Origin: a virus | Lineage: Duplodnaviria; Caudoviricetes | Direction: 5' to 3' (one strand) | Virus record (IMG/VR): IMGVR_UViG_3300042878_001023 | Location: 32,001-96,000 of that record | Length of the DNA: 64,000 nt | Shown: positions 50,727 to 59,738 of the stretch, one piece after another | Layout of the letters: each line of letters opens with the position of its first letter | How positions within the stretch are numbered: position 1 is the first letter of the stretch | Notes under the pieces: model-generated | What the model saw: the letters and a program-made list of their open reading frames with translations, nothing else | The model's database searches: none | What the model was told of the DNA's origin: nothing | Position numbers and translations under genes: made by a program

Positions 50727-51020
50727 TTATGATTTTTTAAGTTTTCTCTCTGCTGTAGGAGTAGGTTCTCCTGACGGTATTCCTTCTTCTTCTTCACCAT
50801 CACCTGTTTCTTGCTCTTGTTGAGCAGCCATAATGTTAGCCCACTGAATTTGAATAGTAGCTCTCTTAAATCTTGCTTCCTCAATTTCAGTTAACAGCTT
50901 TTCATACTTAGCTTGTGCTTCTAAATAAGGATGTGACTCTGTGTAGAACTGCTTCATTTCTTCCTTTCTTGCAGCTAACTCTTCTTGAGTCAATTCTCTT
51001 TCTTCTGTTACATTTTCCAT
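50727..51020 (-). CDS. Acidic coiled-coil hypothetical protein (97 aa; start revised to MENVTEE)
   Basis: ATG at 51020 with A-rich leader; the ORF-track start at 51053 overlaps the promoter-like GTATTTTTG (51043-51051). Confidence 0.65.
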   Translation of the reverse strand: MENVTEERELTQEELAARKEEMKQFYTESHPYLEAQAKYEKLLTEIEEARFKRATIQIQWANIMAAQQEQETGDGEEEEGIPSGEPTPTAERKLKKS

Positions 51021-51082
51021 TTTTATATTTTTTAAGTTTAAACAAAAATACAAATAAAGTTTAAATCTAAAATATTTAAAAT

Positions 51083-51113
51083 AAAAAAATCCAGATGTAC
51101 AAACACCTGGATT
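51083..51113 (-). terminator. Rho-independent terminator
   Basis: aatccag...ctggatt stem (51088-51113) with T run on the minus strand. Confidence 0.7.
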
Positions 51114-51139
51114 ATTGTAAATTCATCATGTAATATGCA

Positions 51140-51298
51140 TTACCTATTTTTAATTGTAAAATTTAATATGGTTAAGCAATAAAACATTCTAGTTTTATCA
51201 ATTTCAATACTGAATACATCAATGCTAGATATTCTTAATTTAATTATTAATTTATCCCATTGTTTATTTGGTGACTTCCAATTATTTCTAAATTTCAT
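51140..51298 (-). CDS. Small hypothetical protein (52 aa), not in ORF track
   Basis: MKFRNNWKSPNKQWDKLIIKLRISSIDVFSIEIDKTRMFYCLTILNFTIKNR; ATGA overlap with the upstream gene. Confidence 0.6.
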   Translation of the reverse strand: MKFRNNWKSPNKQWDKLIIKLRISSIDVFSIEIDKTRMFYCLTILNFTIKNR

Positions 51299-51888
51299 AT
51301 TTCAAATTCATTTAATAAAACATAAGTAACTTTCTTTTGTGGTTTCACAAGTTTAATTATTTCTAAATGTTTTTGTTTATTATTTACTACCTGACAACCT
51401 GCAGACCAAGTTTCAATATTTTCTTGAATACCTTTAAAGTTATTATCATAAGTAGCAGCATGAAAGTTAATACCAAAACCAGAACCTTTAGTAGGAATTC
51501 CATACTCTTCTGATTTTTTATTTTTGTTTCCATCTCGGAATACAATAAAGTTACCTACTTGTTTTAAAGCTGGCATTTTTCCTAAATGTAAACCATAAGC
51601 CCATACATCATAATACCACTCATCAGATTTAACTAAAGCAGCACCTGCTTTATTGTATTTAAGAAAACCACCTTCTAGAATTGGTGTACCAGGATTAGTT
51701 GTACCAGATACAACCATTATAAAAAGTTCACCATTAAATAAATAAAACTTATCATCAAATTTATTTGGAGCATCTTCATTAGATCTTATTCCAAGTATCC
51801 AATAACCTTGTGGAATATTTTTAAATGAGGGTAAAGATTTTACTTTAGCAATTAATTGCTGATCATTATAAGTTCTTACGTTTGTCAT
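51295..51888 (-). CDS. YkuD/L,D-transpeptidase-fold Cys peptidase, putative endolysin
   Basis: GINFH-x15-WSAGCQV matches the H-x(14-17)-SxGC catalytic motif; follows two membrane-protein genes. Confidence 0.55.
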   Translation of the reverse strand: MTNVRTYNDQQLIAKVKSLPSFKNIPQGYWILGIRSNEDAPNKFDDKFYLFNGELFIMVVSGTTNPGTPILEGGFLKYNKAGAALVKSDEWYYDVWAYGLHLGKMPALKQVGNFIVFRDGNKNKKSEEYGIPTKGSGFGINFHAATYDNNFKGIQENIETWSAGCQVVNNKQKHLEIIKLVKPQKKVTYVLLNEFEI

Positions 51889-51898
51889 ACTTTAATTT

Positions 51899-52126
51899 TT
51901 AATGAGCAACTTGAGAATCATCAACTGTTAGTTGAGACATAGCGGCAATTAAACTACCACCAAATGCAGCGTAGCCACCTGCTGTAATAATTGCTATTGG
52001 TAAACCTACCGGAGCTGTTATCAACACTGTTCCTACAGCAGACAACACTAAACCTATACTTTGTACTTTTTTCCAAAACTTAGGTGTAGGTGCTAAAAAT
52101 CTTTCTTTGATTGTTAATTTTTTCAT
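51899..52126 (-). CDS. Holin-like membrane protein (75 aa)
   Basis: RFLAPTPKFWKKV then two hydrophobic segments. Confidence 0.6.
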   Translation of the reverse strand: MKKLTIKERFLAPTPKFWKKVQSIGLVLSAVGTVLITAPVGLPIAIITAGGYAAFGGSLIAAMSQLTVDDSQVAH

Positions 52127-52131
52127 AATGT

Positions 52132-52431
52132 TTATTTTTTAATTATCAGTGCTTTTACAGCATCTGAAAGTTCACTAACATTTTTTGCAAGATTTTTAAT
52201 TTCAAGCTGAGTCAGTTCTTGTATAGCTTGATACTTTAACTGATTTTCTTGTTGTACTAACTCAATTTTTCCTTTAAGTTTTCCAAGTTCTTCACTTGTT
52301 TTAGTGTGATGATTTAATAACAATTCAATGTCTTTTCTTGTATCATTATAAGCATTCCTTAAAAAGAAACTAAACAGAGTAATAACAGTACCTGCTATAA
52401 ATAATATTAAGGTTAATGTTGAAGCATCCAT
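52132..52431 (-). CDS. N-terminal TM + coiled-coil protein, lysis accessory candidate (99 aa; start revised to MDASTL)
   Basis: LTLILFIAGTVITLFSFFL helix; ORF-track start at 52470 runs through the promoter motif at 52460-52468. Confidence 0.6.
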   Translation of the reverse strand: MDASTLTLILFIAGTVITLFSFFLRNAYNDTRKDIELLLNHHTKTSEELGKLKGKIELVQQENQLKYQAIQELTQLEIKNLAKNVSELSDAVKALIIKK

Positions 52432-52459
52432 GTACAATAAGTTTATAAAAATATATATA

Positions 52460-52468
52460 ATAATATAC
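52460..52468 (-). promoter_or_regulatory. Putative late promoter GTATATTAT (lysis cassette)
   Basis: Recurring motif, 28 nt upstream of ATG 52431. Confidence 0.55.
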
Positions 52469-52487
52469 AAAAAATTTTAAAATAAAC

Positions 52488-52730
52488 CTATAAAAAATAC
52501 TGTTCTCTAACCTCTATAGGAACATTATCCATCTCCTGAAACTTCTCAAATAAGATAGGTCTCTGAGTAATAGCTAATTCATAAATTTCATCTAATGCGG
52601 CTTGTTCATTTGGGTATGTGAAAAAACTTGCAATGTAGTCTGATATCTCTGGATCAGATGGTCTTAAACAAACATTAGCCTCTAAATCGGGCTCTATGTA
52701 ATAACTTGTTGATAATGTAAATTGTTTCAT
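52488..52730 (-). CDS. Small acidic protein after fibre gene (possible fibre chaperone)
   Basis: 80 aa, 2 nt after the 52733 gene. Confidence 0.5.
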   Translation of the reverse strand: MKQFTLSTSYYIEPDLEANVCLRPSDPEISDYIASFFTYPNEQAALDEIYELAITQRPILFEKFQEMDNVPIEVREQYFL

Positions 52731-52732
52731 AA

Positions 52733-53815
52733 TTATAAAGAATAAACACCTAATCTATAAACATCAAATTGTCCTGAATTGGTAACACCACCTGCTGATG
52801 TACCCATAGTTCTTGCACCATAGAAATTTAAAGCCGGTGCTGGTAAATTATCATATATTGTTCCTTGTGCAATAGCTCCTGTTTCTTTATTTATTATTCT
52901 ATAATTAACCTCACTTGAATTTGGAGCATTATATAAATAACAACTATAGATTGTTGTGATAGCAGCACCTGCTGTTCTATTAGATGGGAATGAAGAACCT
53001 AAATCTATTTTTGTTGCTGTACCAGATGCATTGTTGTGCATTATTTGCAAATTAGCGTCTCCTGAATCATTTGCAAATGCAATAATATTTATTAATGAAG
53101 AAGGTTGATCATTTGCTGCACCACCTATAACTAAGTCAGATGTTGATGAAGCAAGACCCCAAAAGTTATGTGTACCTGTAGCAGTTGCTGTATCTGAGAT
53201 ATTAAATTCACCAGTAAATAGAAATCCTCCTGAAACATACCATAATAAAGCAGATCCTCTTAGTCCAGAATATCTACCTGTTGCTACTATGCTTGCTGTT
53301 ACACCCAGTCTAATACTTCTTGTTGCATATGAAGTAGCTGAAATTGTTCTAGCAACGGTAGTACCACTTGTAGCTAATGTTACACCTGCTACAGTATCAA
53401 CTGTTGTAGAATTATTTCTAAATGTACTACCTCTCCAAATTCCATTAGAACCAATTTTATAATTAAATGTATTCCAATCTTCTGAACTTAACCAACCATC
53501 AAATGTAGAAGTTGATTGTCCAAGCTTATATTTAATACTTATTAAAGTTTCATCACCTGTATTGGCACCACTTAAATTTTCAGCAAAAATTTCTCCGGTA
53601 AAAGTATCACCATTTATGTTTGCCGGAGTATATCCTAAAGTAGTAAATATATTCCAAGTTGTTCCATCTGAATAATAGTAACTCCCATTATGATACACTA
53701 TTCTTTTAGTATTAGCACTTGCCAAATTAGTTGTAATATCTAATGTATCAGCTCTTAAATTATTGATGTTATTACCTTGCATGTTAACATCAACAAAAAA
53801 CTTCTTGTCTGCCAT
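52733..53815 (-). CDS. Fibre/decoration protein (360 aa)
   Basis: N-terminus MADKKFFVDVNMQG paralogous to the 53942 gene; NLSGANTGDET and GWLSSEDWNTFNYK fibre motifs; beta-rich C-terminus. Confidence 0.6.
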   Translation of the reverse strand: MADKKFFVDVNMQGNNINNLRADTLDITTNLASANTKRIVYHNGSYYYSDGTTWNIFTTLGYTPANINGDTFTGEIFAENLSGANTGDETLISIKYKLGQSTSTFDGWLSSEDWNTFNYKIGSNGIWRGSTFRNNSTTVDTVAGVTLATSGTTVARTISATSYATRSIRLGVTASIVATGRYSGLRGSALLWYVSGGFLFTGEFNISDTATATGTHNFWGLASSTSDLVIGGAANDQPSSLINIIAFANDSGDANLQIMHNNASGTATKIDLGSSFPSNRTAGAAITTIYSCYLYNAPNSSEVNYRIINKETGAIAQGTIYDNLPAPALNFYGARTMGTSAGGVTNSGQFDVYRLGVYSL

Positions 53816-53829
53816 ATTATTATTTTTTA

Positions 53830-53838
53830 CAAATATAG
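53830..53838 (-). promoter_or_regulatory. Putative promoter CTATATTTG
   Basis: TAnnTTTG match between a terminator and ATG 53815. Confidence 0.5.
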
Positions 53839-53857
53839 TAAATTTAGAGTTTTTTTA

Positions 53858-53900
53858 TCAAAAAAAACTCTTGCACTAATTAAATGCAAGAGTTTTTTGA
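53858..53900. terminator. Bidirectional-type Rho-independent terminator
   Basis: aaaaaactcttgca-ctaattaaa-tgcaagagtttttt inverted repeat. Confidence 0.75.
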
Positions 53901-53941
53901 TTATTTTTTTTTAATTAATTATTTTGTTAAATAACAATTAA

Positions 53942-55399
53942 TTACACTTCAGGATTTACTCTTGATAAAGCAATACCAATATTGTCCGTTGGTATCTGAT
54001 TTACATACACTCTTGATGTATTTTGGTCAATTTTAACAACTTGTAATTCACACAACGCACCGTTTGATAAGTCAAAAGCAGAAATGTTTAACCAATTTGA
54101 ATTTAAATTGTGAGTTACATCTTGTAAGTAATAATCCGATTGTGCAACCCAATTCGCAACTAACAAAGTTTTTGCATAACTATTAGTATTAAATTTACCA
54201 TCAGTGTAAGCATTAGCATCAGTTAATGCTTGAGCAGCAGATCCTGCAGCATCATAGTTAGGAGCTAATGAATCAGCGTAAGCTTCAGCAGCAGCTTGTG
54301 CAGCATCTGCTTTTGCAGTAGCGTCAGCAGAAGCAGTAGCTTCAGCGTTAGCTTGTGCACTTGAAGCAGCACCATCTACATACAATTTGTTTGTAGCATC
54401 TCCGTCATTGGTTGGTGCTGTTAGGTTACTTATTTTACCAAGATTTAAATCTAATTCTTGAGTAATAACATTAATTTTATTACCAAATAAATTTTCTATT
54501 GAGTTTGTACCTAATGATAAAGTTGAAGTAGTTCCAACATTACTAAGATCATTACCACCCATGTCAATAGCACCAGTCATTGTACCACCAGTAAGAGGTA
54601 ATGCAGTAGCTACTTGACCGTCAACATACGTTTTGTTAGTTGCATCATTTTCACTAATTGGAGAATCTAATTCAGTAATCCTATTCAACCCTAGCTTAAC
54701 ATTACCTGAAAAAGCAGATCCAGGTAAAGCTAAATATCCAGTACCACTTGTTGTAGAAATTTGATTAGTGTTGATAGAGTTTACACCAGCAATATTATTG
54801 TTAGCCATGTCAAGAGTTCCAGACATAGTACCACCAGCCAGAGGTAATTTGTTGGTAATCTCAGGAGTAATTTGAGCATCAATTTTACCTTGTAATGTTG
54901 CAGGAGTAATAACAACTGCACCAGCTTCAGTACCATCAATAGCTTCTGTTTGAGTAGCTAAACGAGAAATACCATCAACTTCATCATTAGCAATAACAAT
55001 GTTACCTTGTAAAATCAACCAGTCTGCAATTGTTGCACCAGCATTATCAACTTTAGCAACAATTGAATCACCAACTTGTACAGACTCTCCTAAGAAACCA
55101 CCTGCTGCAGTTGCTGCCCAAAAGAAACCTTTTAATGCTGATCCGTCTGTAATATTTGGAGTATCAGTTGTTGGATCATATCCACCTTGGAAGATCAAAC
55201 CACCTGTTACTGCTGAAATATCAGATAAGTTAGCTACATTTTGAGTAGCTGTACCATTGAAATATTGTAAACGGTGTGATCCTGAGTCATATCCAAAAGC
55301 ACCTTCCGTTGAACCAATACCCGTGTTAGTTCCAATTTTTGCATTTGTTAATGCACTACCTTGTAGATTAATGTCTACAAAAAACTTTTTTTCTGCCAT
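53942..55399 (-). CDS. Fibre protein (485 aa)
   Basis: Two LPLxGGTMxG repeats, two DATNKxYVD repeats, GISRLATQTEA, Ala-rich coiled coil. Confidence 0.7.
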   Translation of the reverse strand: MAEKKFFVDINLQGSALTNAKIGTNTGIGSTEGAFGYDSGSHRLQYFNGTATQNVANLSDISAVTGGLIFQGGYDPTTDTPNITDGSALKGFFWAATAAGGFLGESVQVGDSIVAKVDNAGATIADWLILQGNIVIANDEVDGISRLATQTEAIDGTEAGAVVITPATLQGKIDAQITPEITNKLPLAGGTMSGTLDMANNNIAGVNSINTNQISTTSGTGYLALPGSAFSGNVKLGLNRITELDSPISENDATNKTYVDGQVATALPLTGGTMTGAIDMGGNDLSNVGTTSTLSLGTNSIENLFGNKINVITQELDLNLGKISNLTAPTNDGDATNKLYVDGAASSAQANAEATASADATAKADAAQAAAEAYADSLAPNYDAAGSAAQALTDANAYTDGKFNTNSYAKTLLVANWVAQSDYYLQDVTHNLNSNWLNISAFDLSNGALCELQVVKIDQNTSRVYVNQIPTDNIGIALSRVNPEV

Positions 55400-55432
55400 T
55401 TTGTTTTGTTTTAAATTAAGTTAGGTTATAAT

Positions 55433-55441
55433 ATAATATAC
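55433..55441 (-). promoter_or_regulatory. Putative late promoter GTATATTAT
   Basis: Recurring motif, 33 nt upstream of ATG 55399. Confidence 0.55.
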
Positions 55442-55453
55442 AATTTAATTTTA

Positions 55454-55726
55454 TTAATTACAATAAACATACCCAGAAACTGGAATATTTAATGTTATGT
55501 TTACAGTGTTATTATCTATCCAGTCAATCTGAGCAATGATTTCATTCTTATCTTCATCAACTACTTGCACAGAACACTTGGTATTTAGATTATGATTAAC
55601 AATCCATAGAGTTTCTGGAACAGATTGAGTATGTACATAACTTATATCTGGAAGTGAATTTACAAGATCAAATTCACCAGATACAGGATTGTATTTATTT
55701 TTCATACCGTTATTTCTATTTTGCAT
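55454..55726 (-). CDS. Small beta-rich structural protein
   Basis: YVHTQ...WIVNHNL...SVQVVD...SGYVYCN, similar to the C-terminal THNLN domain of the 53942 protein. Confidence 0.6.
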   Translation of the reverse strand: MQNRNNGMKNKYNPVSGEFDLVNSLPDISYVHTQSVPETLWIVNHNLNTKCSVQVVDEDKNEIIAQIDWIDNNTVNITLNIPVSGYVYCN

Positions 55727-55728
55727 AA

Positions 55729-56094
55729 CTATGAATATTGAATTTGTGTTACATTTCCATTTACATCATAGGTGAAAGTTTCTATAATAGTTTCTACACC
55801 ATATTCGGTAGTTCCTGTATGGGTAACACTTGTAATATCATTATCACCATTGTAAGCTAAAACTCTATTATAATTTGATGCTCCTTGAATCCTACCTATT
55901 TTAGATATTGAATTCTTTTTAATTATTTCTACAAATGCCTCAACTATTAAGAGAGTTGTTTCTGTAGCAGCCCCACCTGGAGGTGCAATACTGGAAATAC
56001 CATCTACTATTTGTTGAAGGCCTAGTAAGGTTTTCATTTGATACGGATAATTATTTCCTTGATTTCCTGTATCTTTTAAGTTTCCTATTGACAT
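55729..56094 (-). CDS. Structural protein (121 aa), MSIGNLKDTGN family
   Basis: N-terminal ~30 aa near-identical to the 58738 protein; C-terminal YD-like TYDVNGNV. Confidence 0.6.
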   Translation of the reverse strand: MSIGNLKDTGNQGNNYPYQMKTLLGLQQIVDGISSIAPPGGAATETTLLIVEAFVEIIKKNSISKIGRIQGASNYNRVLAYNGDNDITSVTHTGTTEYGVETIIETFTYDVNGNVTQIQYS

Positions 56095-56153
56095 TATTTC
56101 TATTTTTTAATTAAACTGATTTCTGATTTCTATAAGAACATTATTTAATTGCT

Positions 56154-58736
56154 TTATGAATATAATGTACAAGCAAATCTAATTCCAGTAGCAGTACCTG
56201 TTGGTGTTGCGGGCATAGTTGTTATATTTGCTGTATTAGTTATTCCGAATATAACATCAGAAATTCCTACATCATATATTGTTCGCCAGCTAGTTCCATC
56301 TGCATAATAACCTACAACAAGATTTTCACCAACTACTAACTTTAATGTCTGTCCTACTTCTGCTGTAAGAGATATTTCATTTGGACCAACACCACAAGTT
56401 AAAGATCCTTGACCTATCAATGTCATTGACCCACCCAAAGTTCCTCTATAAATTCCAAATCTAACTAAATCTGTTCCAGAAAAACCCCATAGTTTTACTT
56501 TAGATATAGTTCCTGTAACAGTACTTATTGTTTGATAATAATACTGAGTAGATGCTGCAGTTGGCGCAGTGTCAGCAGAAGATACATCTTGAGGTGAAAA
56601 CGCAACAGCTTCTGTATGTTGAGGTATACTCAATGTATTACCAACTAATGTTGCGGCACCAGTTGTACCAGTAGTATTCAATGTTAATCCTGTATCAGCA
56701 ACTGTTAAAGTGGCCCAGTTAGCTTTACCATCAGTAGTCATGTTTTTTAGGAATCTACCTGCTACTGTTTCTGTACCATCAATTAATTGTACTGCATATT
56801 GAGATACACCAACTGCCTCAAACTTACCACCGATACCTAACAGACCACTATAACCACTACTTTCACCTCCTATAGCCCATATACCAATATTAGTTGTTGT
56901 TATAGTATCATTGCCTTGAGATCTAGCTTTAATTCCAATATTTAAGGTACTACTTAAATTTGCAAATGCTTGAATAGCAGTTGCTGTTTGTGAATGCTGT
57001 GAAGCAAAACCTCCATTCTGAGAATTTGCTACTGTAAGCACATCTGTAGCTGCTGTTGGATTAGTACCCTCTAATCTAAATATAGAATATTTATAATCAT
57101 CAATAACTCTTAATATGTTATCATTAGTAAATAAACCAGTTACTTGTCCTATTTGAACTGTTGTAGATGATGAATATATTAATGAATCCCCTAAACTTGT
57201 ACCATCTGGTGTCCACTTAGGAACATAATTAAGAGTACCACTACCATCTATTGCTCCCGATACATCAGCAGCAGTAATTGTAGCCCAATTAGCTTGTCCT
57301 GTTGCTGTTACGGATTTAAGAAATTTACCAGAAGCTTCTGAACCATCTACCAACTGTACAGAATAGTTTGCTGCTCCACCATATGCTTCAAATTTACCAC
57401 CTGTGTTTATAGCCAATGCAGGAAGATCTGTTTGAAAAGCTTTACCATACACACCTGTATTACCGCCAAAATCAGAACTACTAGATTCAGCATAAACACC
57501 TGTGCCTTTTGCTGCATAAGCTGCAATAGCAGTACTAAAATCACTAATTGTACTTGCAACAACAGCATTAGAAGAAGATGTAACATTTATACCATAAAGA
57601 TTGCTAAGACCTGATTGTATTGAAAGTATTGTATTTGCAATATATGTACCACCTATATTAGCTCTAGTTCCATTATCTTCAAACAAACTATCACCAAGTG
57701 TTGATGCACCTGTCCATTTTGAAAGTTTATTGATTGTTCCTGAGCCATCTACTTTGTTATTAAAGGTTGTCCAGTTAGCTGAACTTAGAGCACCTCTATT
57801 GGTAGCTGATGCTGTTGGTAAGTTAAACATGTGTGTAGTTCCACTTGATACTATTGCAAAATCTGTACCTGTAGTACCTACTCCTAAATTTTGAACTTGA
57901 GCAGTTAAACCATTTAAAGCAGTTAAGCCAGTTGAAAATGTAGTTATTATCTGACAAAGATGGCTATCCTCTGTATGCAATTTTATAGTCCTACCACTAT
58001 GTGTTACATAGATACGGACAGCTAATCTATCAGTAGCTAATAATGTTGTTTGTGGCACAGCTAATGCAGTGATGTATAAATCTATTACTGTACCACCTGT
58101 TATTCCTTCAGGATTTGCTGAATTACTTGCAATTAAAGATAAGGTAGTCCCATCCCATTTATATAATTCAACATAAAATGAAGGTGTACCACCGCTACTT
58201 GAAGCACTAAAATAAGTTTCAAAATTCCAATTTCCTCCCGGTATTTCTAATAAACCTGGTACACCAATATCTGTAATAAATGATTGAATATAACCATTGG
58301 CATTTATTGTAAAATCTGTTCCAGCACCTAACACTGGTGTTCTATCTACTTGTTTAAATGCAACACCACCAAGTGTACCTTGTGAAACTGAACCGTTTAA
58401 ATATAATGATAATGATGCCCCACCACCTGTTGATCCTGGAAAATTAGCAAGTGTACCATCTCCTCTAATATATTGACCAACAGTTCCAGCTCCTGTTACA
58501 CCTATTATACCAGATGAAATAATTGGTGAATTAGTTACTGTAAATGCAGACGGCATTGATAAACCAACACTAGATACACCCATAGGTGCTCCATTAATAG
58601 TGACTGTTACATCATTACCTATAGTTGATGCAGTAACACCAGCACCAACAAAATCAATACTAGAGACATCTGTAGTGAGTATTGTTGATTCTTCTGAAAT
58701 AGCAATTTTTTTCTTTATATTTATTTCTGTACTCAT
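56154..58736 (-). CDS. Long fibre protein with internal duplication (860 aa)
   Basis: IDFVGAGVTA, QYIRGDGTLA, RGALSSANWTTFNNK fibre motifs; DGSGT.N...KWT...LGDSL and GGKFEA...VQL.DG.E..G.FLK...G.ANWAT each occur twice. Confidence 0.7.
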   Translation of the reverse strand: MSTEINIKKKIAISEESTILTTDVSSIDFVGAGVTASTIGNDVTVTINGAPMGVSSVGLSMPSAFTVTNSPIISSGIIGVTGAGTVGQYIRGDGTLANFPGSTGGGASLSLYLNGSVSQGTLGGVAFKQVDRTPVLGAGTDFTINANGYIQSFITDIGVPGLLEIPGGNWNFETYFSASSSGGTPSFYVELYKWDGTTLSLIASNSANPEGITGGTVIDLYITALAVPQTTLLATDRLAVRIYVTHSGRTIKLHTEDSHLCQIITTFSTGLTALNGLTAQVQNLGVGTTGTDFAIVSSGTTHMFNLPTASATNRGALSSANWTTFNNKVDGSGTINKLSKWTGASTLGDSLFEDNGTRANIGGTYIANTILSIQSGLSNLYGINVTSSSNAVVASTISDFSTAIAAYAAKGTGVYAESSSSDFGGNTGVYGKAFQTDLPALAINTGGKFEAYGGAANYSVQLVDGSEASGKFLKSVTATGQANWATITAADVSGAIDGSGTLNYVPKWTPDGTSLGDSLIYSSSTTVQIGQVTGLFTNDNILRVIDDYKYSIFRLEGTNPTAATDVLTVANSQNGGFASQHSQTATAIQAFANLSSTLNIGIKARSQGNDTITTTNIGIWAIGGESSGYSGLLGIGGKFEAVGVSQYAVQLIDGTETVAGRFLKNMTTDGKANWATLTVADTGLTLNTTGTTGAATLVGNTLSIPQHTEAVAFSPQDVSSADTAPTAASTQYYYQTISTVTGTISKVKLWGFSGTDLVRFGIYRGTLGGSMTLIGQGSLTCGVGPNEISLTAEVGQTLKLVVGENLVVGYYADGTSWRTIYDVGISDVIFGITNTANITTMPATPTGTATGIRFACTLYS

Positions 58737-58737
58737 A

Positions 58738-59169
58738 CTATGAATTATAAATTATTATCAACTCTGTTCCTGTACCATTATAAGTAAAGGTACCAGTTGT
58801 ATAATAATTATTTATTGCATCTGCACTAAAACTAAAACTTTCTCCTGGCTTAATTGTACTACCTAAGAATGTACCATTTGCTGCTCCTACATTAGAAACT
58901 GAAAGGCTGTAAGTTTTTACAGCAACAGTACCTGATCCAGTAACTCTAAGAAAACCTGGAGTTCTTGCTACACCAGCTTGATCAGAAGCAAGAACAACAG
59001 CCAAACTATTAGACATAGTATCTTGACCAAGAGGATTAACAATAGTTACATTTCCACTTCCACCACCAGCAACAGTATCAATAATACCCTGTAAACCTTG
59101 TAATACTTTATATTGGTATGGAAAGTTATTACCTAAATTCCCAGTATCTTTTAAATTTCCAATTGACAT
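58738..59169 (-). CDS. Structural protein (143 aa; start revised to MSIGNL)
   Basis: ATG at 59169 gives the same N-terminus as its paralog at 56094; LGQDTMSNSLAVVLASDQ motif. Confidence 0.7.
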   Translation of the reverse strand: MSIGNLKDTGNLGNNFPYQYKVLQGLQGIIDTVAGGGSGNVTIVNPLGQDTMSNSLAVVLASDQAGVARTPGFLRVTGSGTVAVKTYSLSVSNVGAANGTFLGSTIKPGESFSFSADAINNYYTTGTFTYNGTGTELIIIYNS

Positions 59170-59192
59170 GATATAAAAATTTAGACTATGTA

Positions 59193-59201
59193 TTAATATA
59201 C
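59193..59201 (-). promoter_or_regulatory. Putative late promoter GTATATTAA
   Basis: Motif variant between a terminator and ATG 59169. Confidence 0.5.
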
Positions 59202-59221
59202 TTAAAAAAATTAACAAAAAC

Positions 59222-59250
59222 AAAAAACCCCGGAAGTTAATCCAGGGTTT
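59222..59250 (-). terminator. Rho-independent terminator
   Basis: aaaccc-cgga...tcca-gggttt imperfect stem with T run on the minus strand. Confidence 0.6.
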
Positions 59251-59268
59251 GTATAAGTCAAGTTAAAT

Positions 59269-59430
59269 TTATTCAGCTACTTCTAATTTTAATTCCTCAA
59301 CAGGAATTAAATTGTGAACTACATTTAATGCTACTAATATTTGATTAGTATCTGCTAATGTATAAACTCCTTTTAATGTAGCTGCGTTTAATGCTTGCTC
59401 AATTGTTTTAACTGCTTCAGTTGGTGTCAT
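59269..59430 (-). CDS. Small hypothetical protein (53 aa), not in ORF track
   Basis: MTPTEAVKTIEQALNAATLKGVYTLADTNQILVALNVVHNLIPVEELKLEVAE. Confidence 0.7.
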   Translation of the reverse strand: MTPTEAVKTIEQALNAATLKGVYTLADTNQILVALNVVHNLIPVEELKLEVAE

Positions 59431-59482
59431 AGTAAATTTATTTAGTTTATGGTTTAGATTGTAAATATATAAAATTTATTAT

Positions 59483-59719
59483 TTATATTAAACCTTCCAA
59501 CTCAGTTTTTTGTGCCGGAGTTAATGCAGTTGCAAACCATTCTTTACCTAACATAATAGCAATGTGATCCACATTACGTGTTACAGTTGCTGTTTCTTCT
59601 TCAGATAATGTTCTTTTTCTTTTTAATTCTGCAATTAAGTTTACACTATCATAAGCTGCTAATACAGACTTTGCTGCTTGTTCAGCTGTTACTTCTTCTT
59701 TAAATTGTTTTACTAACAT
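59483..59719 (-). CDS. Small helical protein after fibre genes (possible chaperone)
   Basis: AAYDSVNLI...RNVDHIAIML motif; follows NxxIG-repeat genes. Confidence 0.55.
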   Translation of the reverse strand: MLVKQFKEEVTAEQAAKSVLAAYDSVNLIAELKRKRTLSEEETATVTRNVDHIAIMLGKEWFATALTPAQKTELEGLI

Positions 59720-59738
59720 TTTATTTTTATTTAAATTA

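Noticed and set aside
51021-59223. ORF-track starts at 51053, 52470 and 59223
   Set aside because: These non-ATG extensions run through promoter motifs and terminators; downstream ATGs (51020, 52431, 59169) fit leaders and paralog alignment better.
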